DNA of 63,720 nt, filler included, from Sphacelaria rigidula (taxonomy: Eukaryota): assembly GCA_964200075.2 (NCBI GenBank). It is 7 parts of 7 records of this genome, joined end to end, with 100 filler letters (N's around TTAATTAATTAA, not from the genome) between each part and the next. Parts side by side here need not be neighbours in the genome. Positions count along the whole stretch, not along the records: positions 9,119 to 18,136 come from CAXNAA020009501.1; positions 18,237 to 27,253 come from CAXNAA020009502.1; 5 more parts are not named here. The stretch is one strand, 5' to 3'. Shown in pieces: positions 9,526-21,696 of the stretch. Under the pieces are notes generated by a model. The model ran no database searches. It was not told where the DNA came from and saw only the letters and a list, made by a program, of their open reading frames with translations. Position 1 is the stretch's first letter, and every line of letters starts with the position of its first letter. The position numbers and the translations under genes were made by a program.

Positions 9526-12500
9526 GAACCACCGGAGCAACCGCCGACAAAGTTTGCAATGGTACCAACTCCGCTATTGGCTCCTACTAGCACGGCCTCG
9601 AAGCTGGAAAAATCACCTAAAAGGGCTCGCACAAGCGCTCATCCCGCTAGTGGTGTTGGTGTTGGTGTTGGTGTTGGTGTTGGTGATGTTGGTTGTATTG
9701 GTGATGTTGATGGTGATGTTGGTGGTGGTGGTGGTGGTGTTGTTGGTGATAGTGGTGGTGGTGTTGGTGGTGGTGGTGGTGGTGGTGGTAGTGGTGTTGG
9801 TGGTGGTGGTGGTGGTGGTAGTGGTGATGTTGATGATGGTGTTGGTGTTGGTGGTGATGGTGATGGTGGTGATGGTGATGGTAGTGGTAGTGGTGGTGGC
9901 GATGGCTCTACGACACCAATACCAACATCAACACCATCACCGACGACGGCAGAGCATAAACCTGCCGATATTACGACGGCGGAGGCTGCGTGCCATTTCA
10001 TTTCTCCAGGTGCTGCTGCATTGGTGGACCCACACCACCACCAACAACAACACCAGCAACACCAGCAACAACACCAGCAGCATCAACAACAACAGGCGCA
10101 GTCTTCCCTACAATCCGGCGACTTCTACGATCACCTCCATCTCAAATCCCAACCACAGCAACAAACACTTCCTTTGACGTCATCACCGACCGACGGAAAC
10201 GACGCCAACGACCTCAAAGTTACCCCATCACCAGGAGCCGTACGTCTTCCCCCACTCGACCCCTCTGTGTCTTCCAACATATCGACATCTCGCAGCACTG
10301 CGGTTGGTGGCCAGCTGAGGGTGAGGCCATTGGGCAAGGAAGAACCAATCCCGAGCGGACGGTCGACTTTAAGACCGGCGCGTGTGTCGGTGAGGACGGT
10401 TCAAGCGTCGAACTTCTTCCGGATGTCAGCAAAGTATGGTAAGGGTTGAGAATGAACACCTTTACTCAAAGTGTCTGAGTTCATTATATCAATCGGGTTG
10501 ACGGTCGACTCTTGAAGCGTCACCGGCGTCAATCGAGATGGTGGAAGACAAAATATGATGCCCATAATCAACGCGCCAGTAGTGCGTGATGTGTTCGTTG
10601 TTTCTACGTGGGCTTTGCGTAGGAATCTCCGCTTTGATTTTTTGGTAATGCGTGTCGCGGCGAGACGAAAGAGCGAGGGAGACACAGAGATTTGTACAGA
10701 TGGACACACTGACAAACAGACGGACTAAGACAGGGATTGAGATAGACCGACCGCATCAGCAGCACCAAGTCTTAACCCGTTCCACGCGATGTGTTTCGGG
10801 ACTTCTTCTCCGAAGGAGTGATTGACATAAAACAAGAACAAATTGAATTAAGTTTCGCATCAATCATGGGATAGAATACACAGATATGATGCGACCCCAC
10901 CAGTCAGTCATGGACGCGCTGTAGCGGTTGAAGGAGACATCTTTCGTACTACAGGTCAACAACGTTCGCTATATTTTCATGCGTGTTTTGCATACTTACA
11001 GCACATTAAGCCGTGCTCATATCTCATGACAGCGACCCCCACCTCCCCTCTGCAAACGTACGCACCCCCTCTACACACGTACGGCACCTTTTCTTCATCT
11101 CTTCTTTCACTTGTCCTTCGCCTCCATGTCCCTCTCCTATTCCATCCAACCCTAAAATCGAAACCGAAACCGGCCACCACTACCCCCCCCCCCCGCAATC
11201 AGTAGATATACCGATACGATCGGTGCCACGCCTGCCATGGGAAGCTGAGGACCAGGAATTCCGTCCGGTACCTACGAAGAGCTACAAAACATCGGCTAGA
11301 TCAGAGGTGAGACGCGATCAATGTAGGGGTGGGATAGATAATGGTGAAAATATTGCCAAGGTGATGAGGGTAGGGTACGCACCACCGATAGCCGTCCGGG
11401 TATTTGGAGTCCCCATTATTCCAGGGTGCGCAGGGTATGGACTGCCGAAAGTATTCAGCGATCGAAGAAAGCAGGATATCTATCGACTATCGAAGTCATC
11501 TGGTAGTTCATGGTATCAGGGGCATCGAATGCAAAAATTCTCAGTGTTTTAGATAACCCAGGGTACCGAGTGCCGACCGGACCGCGTACCCAATTTTACC
11601 TCGGGTACCCGCCCCCGAAATACACGGTGTTGTATCCATAGTATCGCGTGCGGTACTGAGTATTTCGGGTCCTCAGGGTACCGTCTGCCAAAAAGTACTG
11701 AGTACCCCTAGGTACTTCGGGTACCCAACCCTCGAAACACTCAATATTGTACCCGGAGTAATGGTTATTATCACTCAGTACTGAGCCGCAGCGCCCCGGT
11801 GGTGTAATGGTCCGATTGTCGCCATTGGGGTGGAGAGAACGAGTGTGTGATTCCCGATGCCATGGAGTTTTTCCTAGTATCTGATTCCCATCGTGGAAAG
11901 CGTGAGATTGTGAGTAAACAAAGTAGCTGCCTGAGTTTGTTGGACGTGAGCTGACGCGGTGCGGGAGTGCTGATAGTCATGACCCAATTCGCGAGACCAA
12001 AATGCAAGGCGTGTACCGGGGAGAGATGGGTCGATCCCTTGAGACCACGGACTCGTCCCGAGGAAGGGGAGGGGTTCAAAGTGTGACAATTCATAAATAA
12101 TAATCATAGTAGTACACCGGGTGCCCAGGGTATCGACTGTCAACAATACTCAGCTTTCCAAAGTATCCACGTTGTGGGCACGTGAAACTACTCAATATCC
12201 CAGGGTAAGACCAACGGTGGAACGTAACCTCCTGTACCGGATAGCTAGGTAACAAAAACAGTCAGTTGGTGTTGTGTATATTGAATTTTGTTCCCTGTAC
12301 AGTAGCAAGTTGCTTGGTTGAATTTTGTATATATATTTCACACCCTGAACAAAACAATATGTACTATATATTGCCGGCTCATTATGTCGACGCGCCGGGT
12401 GGTCAATATACACTGGGCGAGAAACATGATGGCACGAGAGACAGGTCAATATATATATATATATATATATTGTCATCAAAATGTCAAGGCTCGCAACATG

Positions 12501-15500
12501 CAATATATATATCGACCGAATAGTAGATCACGAAAAGCGCTGCCATAATATAAATTAGCAGAGTAATGTGTTGGTGCGGTAAGGCGCCACTATATATTTG
12601 TCAAGTAATTTATTGGCTGCCACACAAGGTCAATAGATATTGACGATTCAACGTACGCAACACCCGAAGCGCCGATGTATGTTGCCGCCCCAATATGTTG
12701 TGGGTCATTGCGTCCAATGTATATTGGGCGAACAATTGGGCGAACAATACAAGAGAGAATCGACCGTCACAATACGTGTAACTCTAGACATATATATATA
12801 TATATATATATTGATGGTTCGATATGTACATCGGAAAGTGTATAGGAGTTAGTATAATAGGCAGTTTTATGTTCGCGGGCGCCATTGAAAGATGCATCAC
12901 AAGATGTCGAAAACGTTCGATATATTGCTCCGCGAGTGTGTCCAATATATATTCGCTGCACAATAGCTATGCGACGAGCATGCGCAGTACATATTGGGGA
13001 AACGATACTCTTGCATGGTTTATAGGGCTGTGAACTGGCTGCTTTGGCTAGTTAAGTTTAAACTGGCCGCTGGCGCGGCTAGTACATCGATTGTTTTCCA
13101 ATTAATCGGCGAAGCCGATTAACTGTGAAACAATCAGCGTCGAGCGGCGAAGCCGCTCGCCGCCAACGCCACCCCCCGGATGGTGAGGGGGCCCCGCGGG
13201 AGCGCCGCTGGAGGCGAGAAAAAATGCGTTACTCGGCTTGTTTCTCCTTCAAAAATGTGAAAAATTGTACAAAATGTGACCCCTCATATTGAGGAGCTAA
13301 AAGTCTTAGATGGCACAAGAGTGCCCCCCCAAAACTCCGATATCCCATGTATCCCCCCCTGCCCCCTCCCCCCCCCCTCAGGCGGTCGTAGGAGTTTTGT
13401 TTTTTTATCTCAAGAAACACTCACTAAATCACCATTCTGGGGCGACTTGAGTGAGGTAGCGCCCATAATTGTCGGCCCTATCTGCCACCACAAAATGGGA
13501 CGCACATTGGACGCAAATTGACGGTCCAGAAGGATGCGTCTAGCTTAATTGGGCAAGCGTTGCAGAGCATTGTGGTATTCGTCTGGTCTTATTATTGTCG
13601 TGAAAGTGTGATTTGCAATGTATTACCGAAACCCATAACTATAACTTGGCCTTACTTGGCTCCGGAGGTATGCAAAGAATTAAAGCTTCATGGACACGAT
13701 TTTTTTTTTGAATATACCATTTAGTTTATTTTTTACTCATGTATGGGATTTGATAATCCCCCCCTCCCCCGACAAACTCCAGGAATTAAAAAAAGGGGGA
13801 TAGGGTCTCGGATTGTTTGTCTTGGGCACTCTCGGATGACGTTCAAATTCCATTTAAAGCCGTGAGCGAGTCGAAAACCATTCATCTGTAATATGCAGCA
13901 GCACACTCTCCGTGAGGAGAGGAGGATGCAAACAAGTCAAGGCTGGTAGCACGCGGGGATAAGAGCGCAAAATGATTCACGCCCGGAACCACTAGCACGC
14001 ATGCAGTTGAAGTGCAAGCCATGGTGCGCTTTGTATGTTGTGGTCGCGGATCACCGTTCGTTTGCTATTTTTGATTTCAAATGTCGTGCTATGAAACGAT
14101 AAACCTGGCATATATCCGCAATATCGATTCGAGGTGTAGTGACCACGAGTACTGTACTGTACTGCCTGTACCTGTACTGTTGTCAGGTGCAGACCCCAAT
14201 CCTACTGTCATGATGTTCGAGATCATTTAGGCATCTTTTATAACTTACCATACTGAAAATGGTAAAACATAGCCGGTAACGGCAAACTTCAAATGAACTG
14301 GATAAACTGGAGTCCTCATCACCAGTTCCAGTTAAACTCCAGTTCCAGTTTAACTGCCAGTACAAACTGGTCCAGTTCACAGCCCTAATGGTTTATGTTC
14401 AATCTATATCACGGCAACAATATGTTACGCATCACTTCGACCCAATATATGTATATATCTATTGACACTTCAAGACATACACAACCTGCATGCATAATAA
14501 ATATTGAATGTTTCGTTCCAGTTGCGAATGCATGTCCAATATATACTGTCATGCATTACATCACGATCATGACACGAGAAACGTGTGTTGTTGCTCCAAT
14601 GTCTCCGAGGACATCTCAACACAACATATTTTGAAAGAACAACATTTATTTGCTCTGTCTAATATCAAGTATTTGCATCATATTGGAACATATTGTATTG
14701 TTCAGGGTATAAGCAACACAGCGCCGGTGACCAGACGGGTACCAACAGGCACATATCGACTCGCGTTTTCTGGGGCGTACCGTCTAGCCAAGATATATAA
14801 CATACTGTGAAGGGGATGGGCAGCATCACGCCGGTGGCCAGATAGGTATCAGAGGGCATATATGTCGGGTGGCCTCTTTTCCCATCATATTGTTTCGGCC
14901 AAATATATGTATCAAACTCATTCGACAACTCTCCGCAGCCGTGCACGCGAACTTCTGCGGCTTCCTTACACGCTTTTCCCACTCTCTGCACGGGCTCCGT
15001 CCGGCATCCATCGCGTCTGAATCTTCTCCGAAGCGTACACCATACTTGTTATACCGCATGGCCTTTGAGGTTGGCGGGACCTTGCAGAGCCGATATTCCT
15101 GCAGGACCGTGATATTGGCGATTGCCGTCTTGACGGCCTCAGTACACGGGTTGCCGCAACCGGTTGACGCGGCAAGACGGCACAGTTATTGTCCCTCGAC
15201 CCCTGCGAGATACCACAACTATCTTTATCTTCTGACCTTGTCGAATCACCACCAAACTAGCCATCAGCGGTTGGCACACCAGCTTTACTAAAAAAATCGT
15301 CCATTTTCTATTGCTTTTGACTGTTTTTGTTTTACGCAAACGGTCACCTTGCTCTATCATTATGCGGTGGAGGGAGGGGGGTTGGTGTGTGGCGTGAAGG
15401 GGGCAGAGAGCCATATAATATATATATATATATATATGTTTTCCTGTGGACAGCTGAGAGCAACAGATATATGCCTTTCCGTGGGCAGCTGGTAGCCAGT

Positions 15501-17727
15501 CACCATTTTTGCAGCTGGCAGCCACAAAATATAACATATCCTGTGAGCTGACTAGCTTATACACAACAGAGGTAACTCAACCTCGAGGCTTCCCGTATAT
15601 TTACCAGTAATTTACAGTAAAACAAATCGGAACTTCGAGTTTGAAATACCTCCAACGTTCCTAGTTTGCTCAGTGGCCCTGGGTCACGGCATTGTTTCAA
15701 GTAAAAGTGATGCCGAATCTTTAGTCAACGTGAACTCACAGCCAAAGGGTCCGGTAACTAATGAATCGGATCACCTTCCCTCGAAACATTACTCCGAAAT
15801 ATCCCGAAGGAACGACGCACCCCTTTCGCCTACTTTTGTTTTTCTCCGAATGATTCGAAATCGCTCTTGTGTAAACATCATGCACGTCAACAGAATATTG
15901 AACAATTTACTTGTTGAATGACACTGGGAGATTTGTTAGACGGCATGACTTTCAGGACGCGGCAGAGTACAGTACAGTACATCAACAATATGGTTCGGTC
16001 GAATATATTGTCGACATCAATGTGCACACCAAATGTGAACAGGGTAGGTGATATTTTGTAACACACGCTACCCCTATACTTCCTGTGTCCCATAAGTAAA
16101 GGTACCTGAATTTGTACGGGCCCTTAATGATGTCTGTTTTTTTTTCATAAATTCTACGGTGTTCTTTGAGTTAAGAAAATGTGTTTAAAATTTGCAGCTC
16201 GTGCTTTAACCATGCCGCCGAACGGCTGCAAAAAACGTCGTCGACCCAAAAATGACCGTTTTTTGCCCCTTTTCGAGGGGAAACAAAGTGTCCTCTATAT
16301 TCTCTTTTTGGACTTTTTTTAATCGCACTCGCCTTCACTGGAGCTTGCTGCCAGGAAGTCCCACGCGATTAATCAAAGTTAAAAAAAAAAAATCGACACT
16401 TTTTTCCCCTCGAAAATGGGCAAAAATGGCCATTTTGGGGCCGACTGCTTGTTTTGCAGCCGTTCGGCGGCATGGCTCAAGCACGAGCTGCATATTCTAA
16501 ATATATTTTCTTACCCCAAAAAACACCGTAGAGTTCATGAAAAAAACAAAAAAGATCGGACATCTTCATGGGCCCGTACAAATTTAGGTACCTTTACTTA
16601 TGGGACAGAGGAAGTATATGCACTTGTACTGACACCCTGATCGGGCAATAGATTCACATCCAATATGTATTAACCGGTGAGTACGTTCTCACCAATGCGA
16701 CCATACTATATATATATATATACATATATGTATGTGTATATCTATTGGTCGTGCACATGTCTTCGCCCACACTGCCTCAATATATATTCATGGGGCAATA
16801 TGTGTGCAATCCAACGGTACCAATATATTGGACGGGAAATATGTATTAGTCCCACGGCACGAATATATACTGGGCGCGCAATACGTGTGCAGTTCAAGTG
16901 TATCAATAATATATATATATATATACACTACACCGACAATGCATCGTAAAATTGCAATATGATCGACTATTATGTATTGGAAACATTTTGCATCGTCCAT
17001 GGTGCGATATATGTCATCAAGAACGGTGACCAAACCATGTTCAACTGTTTGACAGCTCTTGTACATCGGTTCTGAATACACAGAGAGTGCATGAAACTTT
17101 GGAGCGATTCGCCGTCATGTCGGGTATGTTATGTACTGTCTACTGCAAAGGTGGTTACGGTAGGAAACGTACTCTGGGGCACACCGGATTTTCAGGCTAC
17201 TTAGAAAACCCAATACTCCAGCGTAAGCAGGGTATAAACTACCGAAAGGACGGAGAATCTCCGAATACCTCAGGTACCACCCTGAATGGTAACCGTAAGA
17301 CTGAACACAAGTAGGCAATACTCCGGGTACCCAGGATGCCGCCTGCCGAAACCACTGGGTATTCTAGGGCGTTTGCAGGTTGAGCAGGATATCGACTGCC
17401 AAAATTACTCTGTAAGTCAGGGCACCCAGGTTCTGGACCGTCGAAAATATTCAGTAGTCCAAGATACCTAGGGTATTGACAACCACTCGGCATTCTCAAG
17501 CGCCCGTGGTATCGAGACCTGCGAATACCCTACTTTGTACCCTTCTCTATCCTAGTCATCAATGGAACAATTGCCGCGGCGCGTGTGATGTTAGTAATCT
17601 TAATAAAGCAGAAGCATGAAAACGAGCAGTCTCGCCAGAAACTACTATCGACAACTCGGCGGATGACGGTTTTACAATAGCACCCCGGGAACAAGCTCGA
17701 AAAGCCGAGCGTCTCCGGTTTGATGAG
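9526..17727 (+). CDS. Uncharacterised protein, partial multi-exon gene with Gly-rich and poly-Gln/His low-complexity region (exons 9526-10438, 11203/11206-11306, 17084-17123, 17639-17727)
   Basis: cag|GAA acceptor, then an open frame to TAT G|gtaagg. Subsequent GT-AG exons join in consistent phase: ...FFRMSAKY(V)DIPIRSVPRLPWEAEDQEFRPVPTKSYKTSARSE|RVHETLERFAVMS|ETTIDNSADDGFTIAPREQARKAERLRFDE. Both ends lie off-contig. Confidence 0.6.
11330..11735. repeat. GGTACC/TACCC-rich non-autonomous DNA transposon relic
   Basis: Dense short inverted and direct gggtac/gtaccc motifs. Similar blocks occur at 17145-17537, 24000-24290, 25325-25460 and 33152-33465. Confidence 0.5.
11788..12108 (+). mobile_element. 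tRNA-derived SINE (family A), copy 1
   Basis: Head gccccggTGGTGTAATGGt...gattccc, conserved core cccttGAGACCACGGACTCGTCCCGAGG, and a 3' end caaagtgtgacaattcataaataataatc. Homologous to 61160-61495. Confidence 0.75.
12341..14960. mobile_element. AT-rich (ATATATTG-motif) non-autonomous element, interrupted by a hAT insertion
   Basis: Inverted motifs CACCCTGAACAA.ACAAT (12341) and ATTGTATTGTTCAGGGTA (14709). Strong homology to 25450-26670 (opposite strand) and 16690-16990. Confidence 0.7.
13023..14387 (+). mobile_element. 1.37-kb non-autonomous hAT element
   Basis: TIRs TAGGGCTGTGAACTGG / CCAGTTCACAGCCCTA, a perfect 8-bp TSD ATGGTTTA, and subterminal AACTGG/CCAGTT repeats. A second copy lies at 55246-56422. 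Confidence 0.92.
16079..16614. mobile_element. Stowaway-like (Tc1/mariner) foldback MITE
   Basis: TA|CTTCCTGTGTCCCATAAGTAAAGGTACC...GGTACCTTTACTTATGGGACAGAGGAAG|TA. The arms are complementary over ~240 bp. Confidence 0.9.
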
Positions 17728-17954
17728 GTGTGGGGGCGCTGCGATGGGGTGCGAGGAAACGATTGGCGAAGAATATGAGGGCGCCGATGTCTTTGTGGCA
17801 AGAGATGAAACACAGCTGTACTGGGAGACAGATGATTGCCCCAGACGGCGAAAAGGAAAGAGATAAATTCTGTCGAAGGTTTTTTGTGTAATGTATGAAA
17901 GAAACATAATGAGCGCCCAAACGTTGGACGTCTCTATTGGGAGTAGGAGCTGTG

Positions 17955-18136
17955 CTCTGTCTCGGAAGCAATGCGTGGTCAATGGTCAAATGGCTAGGGC
18001 AAAAGCAAATGAGTATACTTTCCCTCCCCGCCGCTGATCCTACAAAGCCGGGACGGATCAGCGGCGGGGGGCGTACTCATTTGTTGCTTGCCTCAGTCGT
18101 TTGACCATTGACCACGCATCCCTTTCGAGACGGAGC
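17955..18136. repeat. Family G repeat arranged as an inverted pair (hairpin)
   Basis: The left arm gcgtggtcaatggtcaaa...ccccgccgctgatcc is the reverse complement of the right arm ggatcagcggcgggg...tttgaccattgaccacgc, around a 14-nt loop. Confidence 0.8.
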
Positions 18137-18236
18137 NNNNNNNNNNNNNNNNNNNNNNNNNNNNNNNNNNNNNNNNNNNNTTAATTAATTAANNNNNNNN
18201 NNNNNNNNNNNNNNNNNNNNNNNNNNNNNNNNNNNN
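18137..18236. other. Artificial contig linker
   Basis: N44-TTAATTAATTAA-N44. Confidence 0.97.
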
Positions 18237-18751
18237 ATGGAACCCGAGTCCAATGATAGCGACCCTTCATCCCCGCAAAAAAACGTGAACCCTGCGGCAT
18301 CCAGACCCGCACCCGTACCACTACTACTGGTGCCGTCATCACCCTCCGCCGTATCCCTCAGCGTAGGATTACTGGAGATCGATGCCGTGATATTTCCCAC
18401 GATTGTCGCTACAGCACCAGAATCACAGCTTTGCGGCAGACACAGCCCTAGAGCGACGGGCAGAGACGCCACCGCACCTAGAGCCGATGCCCCCTGACCC
18501 AGACAGTAGTGCGTGTCCGGCAGGGCGGCGCAAGCTGCCGGCGAGCCACGGTCATAGAGATGCAGGCCTGACAGAAAGTCTACGGCCTCCGCGGAGGCGT
18601 TGACAACACTGGCAATAATCGCTACAGTCTCCACCAAGTGGCCGCTGCTGTAGGAGAGCAGAGCGAGGTGCTCCGGGGACGATGCAAGCAGGGCTTTGAC
18701 ACACGGTTCGTCGGCTTGGGCTTGTAGCACATCGCAAATGTGCTCGCAGAC
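18237..18751 (-). CDS. NRF (nose-resistant-to-fluoxetine N-terminal) domain exon, probably an O-acyltransferase family 3 membrane protein; truncated by contig end
   Basis: cag|GTC acceptor. Translation VCEHICDVLQ...C...YDRGSPAAC...HYC...LGLCLPQSC...FFC shows the NRF cysteine pattern (G...C, YC, GLCLPxSC). Confidence 0.7.
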
Positions 18752-19350
18752 CTGAGTCGTTCATAGATTAAGGGTACGCGGGTCGGGGGCGGCGTAAGCA
18801 TGGGGGCTTTCGCTAGCAAATCCTTGGGAGTTCAGGCGCACCCGCGCGAGCATGATGAACCATAGTACGGTATCATCATCGATGTTGGGCTAGACACCCA
18901 ACCTTTTGCAATCGGTAAACATGGAACAGTAATGACTAGAGCAATTCGGAGGCGCTCTTGCTTTGTATCTTTGGCGACGTCGTCCTTTTGCGGTAGAAAT
19001 TGAAATATACACCGACCCTTGAAGCGCAGACTGATCTCCGGGTGAGGATCACGTATACCACATAATTATTGAGTTTCGTCGTATGTCCTGAGAAGTTATG
19101 GCGAATGCATTTCATTTATCAAGTTATCGAAATGGAGTTGCAGGCATCTACCCGTTGTCCTCGTTGAAAGAGAAAGTGTGCACGTGGTTCGTCCAACGCA
19201 CTGGCGAGAGAGGTGGAACGTACGAGGTGCTATACGGCTGAAAAGTGCAATCTTGCGCAAGTTTTGAGCCGAAGTGCGGACGAAGCATACGCGATATTTA
19301 GATCCCTTGCACATGACCGGCAAAGTGCAATAATCTGAAGTTCACCTATA

Positions 19351-19721
19351 CCACATCTACATGAATGCGATCTCAGATCCGTCCCTTTATTGGCACCAGT
19401 ACAGCACATGAAGGCATGATCAAATGCCGCGATTCTCTGATACCATGCCGTACGTACCCCACATCACCCGTATCGTGTCGTACGTACCATGAACTACGAA
19501 TACCATACTCCAAGTATGTATTCGGCGTGGTTCCACATTTGCATGAATGCGATCTCAGGCCTGTCCCTTTATTGGCACCAGTACGGCACATGAAGGCATG
19601 GTCACATGCCGCGATTCCCTGATACCATACCGTACGTACCCCACATCACCCGTATCGTGCCGTGCGTACCGTAAGCTACGAATACCGTACTGCAAATATG
19701 TATTCGGCGTGAGACTCCACA
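19351..19721. repeat. Tandem duplication, 2 x 182 bp
   Basis: atgaatgcgatctcag starts at both 19361 and 19543. The units are highly similar. Confidence 0.9.
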
Positions 19722-19759
19722 TGACGTTTGTGAAATGTGGCATAGAGACGCATGGTGTC

Positions 19760-20450
19760 CACACGACGCCCCGGACAAGATCTTGAATACCCCGTATACA
19801 TCGCTGTGTCACAGTTTCCGTTGCAGCATCTCTGTCGCAGTCGACAGAATTTGACAAAATTGATGCAACGGATGCGCTCACGCCCGCGGTCGCGAGGGTT
19901 TGACCCAGTTTATCCACGATGCATCAAAAAGCCGGTGGTTTCATGTCTTGGCTTCACAAAAACCACATCGCATTTATTCTTAGATCCTGGGTCTTTTCTA
20001 GTTTCCATAGCTGCCCCGAAAGGCGAACTGTAACTGTACAGCCCATGCACCCCGAACAAAGGTTGGACCGCTTACTCGTGGCAGCGTTATGCCGTTCCTA
20101 CTTCTTGTCAATCCGACGACATGAGGCCAAAGTACGGCAGAAGTTTCTTCGAGATCGACCCACTGACGAAAATCAGTACCTCCTTTTTTATTGGCGACTT
20201 GATGTAACTCTATACCTCGGCCGGATGTGATGGCATCCAAAAAGTGGACACGGCATATCGTGCCCAGCAGGAGGGCCTCAACCGTTGTTAGGGGCTCGTT
20301 GATTAAACCATCGGTCAGTCCAATGTTATGAGGGTGAATGGGGACCGATTTTTTTATACTATCTTCCGAGAAAGTGCGCATCGATCTCTGTCCGCAGAAA
20401 ACATGGATCGTAATCGAGCTAATCACATAAATCACAAATGCGCACGTCAT
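19760..20450 (-). pseudogene. Probable degenerate Helitron Rep-helicase N-terminal (DUF6570-like) fragment
   Basis: Minus-strand PIHPHNIGLTDGLINEPLTTVEALLLGTICRVH...HQVANKKGGTDFRQ recalls the Helitron motif N...G..P..L..LT.VE..LI.RVH...Q...GH...F.Q. It is followed by stop codons. The similarity is judged by eye only. Confidence 0.35.
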
Positions 20451-21240
20451 CTCAAAATAACGACCCGGTCCGTATGAAATGTGCCATATAAGAGTGATGT
20501 TACGGTAGGGGTGCACCAATATTTTCTGAGTTCAGAATTGTTAGGAGCCCTTTTCCTCATCCAAAACACGACTTATGAAAAATGTGAGAGTACGCCAGGA
20601 TTACTATTTCAATGTGCTAAGGAAATCCCGGATATATTTGCAAGCGGGGATGCCCTGACCCATATTCTTGTGCATCTAGAATCATTAGGAGCCCCTACAT
20701 CAGACAAGATTCTGGGGGAAAAGTGCACCCCTACCGTAGCATTGCTCAAACGTAGTAGGCTTCTTGAGTGGTGGGTGTTCACCAGCCTGTGGAAGCTGTT
20801 GCTCCGGCGATTGTTCTTGTCTCGTTGCACGAGTGTAATGCTAAAACAGCAGCGGTTGTTTGTTGCTGTAGCACTCGGGAAGCAAACGCTCCATGACCCA
20901 CCACACCACGTTCACCGCCCTTGCGAACATCCACCATACAAAAATCCGGACAGCAGCAGTTGTAGCCGCCACACACCATACAGCAACAGCAGTGAAACGT
21001 GTGCCCGGATTATGTATCTTGTGTTCAGCATCTGCAGGCTGTGAGGGGGAAATCATCAGCCAGACCAACCGGTGTTTTCAGGGGAGATAACATCGCTTCA
21101 CACGCTTTCGTCTGTATGCTGGAACTATGCGACACGAAACAGCCGACTTTCATCTGCGACTTCGCTCTCTGCAACTCAAAAGTGTGTAGAGCACTCGCTC
21201 TTCAAGCGTGAAATTGCCCTTTGTACACGACGGCATTTAA

Positions 21241-21696
21241 CCCTTTGGGAACCCCGGGCAGATTTTTGTTTTAATTAATCGGCATCCTTTTTACTTAAAA
21301 ACACTGAAGTTTACCACTTGGGAGGGTGAGAAATTTCTCAGATATTTCGACTTGATTTCAGTGTGGACAGCGAAATCCCGATCTTTAATGGGGCTATACT
21401 CCAAGGATGCTCCTAGCTTGCGGAGAACGCGTCTTTGGCGAAATCGGCGCTTGGGGCGCCGATTTGAGGTCTGGCAAGGCACCCTTTGCCTGGGTAACAT
21501 TGTCCACCCCGTCGCCCGAGGGTTCTTGGTGTGCCTCCGTTGGGATTAGGGTTAGGGCTAGGGTTAGGGTTACAGTTTGTTCAAAGTTATGAATTTCTGA
21601 GAAATTTCTCACCCTCGCGGTAGACTAACCTCCTTGAAATGACTGAAAACTATGCTGATTCACAAAAACAAAAATTGGCACTGGGTTCCCAAAGAG
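21241..21696. mobile_element. piggyBac-like MITE carrying a nested TIR element (21320-21618) with TTAGGG repeats
   Basis: TTAA|CCCTTTGGGAACCC...GGGTTCCCAAAGAG|TCAA. Inner inverted repeats GAGGGTGAGAAATTTCTCAGA / TCTGAGAAATTTCTCACCCTC. Paralogous sequence at 21940-22150 lacks the insertion. Confidence 0.8.

Noticed and set aside
9419..10177. Poly-Val, poly-Pro, poly-Leu and poly-Thr ORFs (9419, 9639, 31081, 31260)
   Set aside because: They are alternative-frame or antisense shadows of trinucleotide-rich real exons.
10425..11245. KYDIPIRSVPRL resembling the HIF1AN/FIH N-terminus (SYSFPTRPIPRL)
   Set aside because: The in-phase downstream exons show no JmjC features, so this is probably coincidence.
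19351..19721. CRISPR-like array (also the repeats at 43957, 63001 and 56575)
   Set aside because: These are long tandem units or TE subterminal repeats without unique spacers, there are no cas genes, and the context is eukaryotic.
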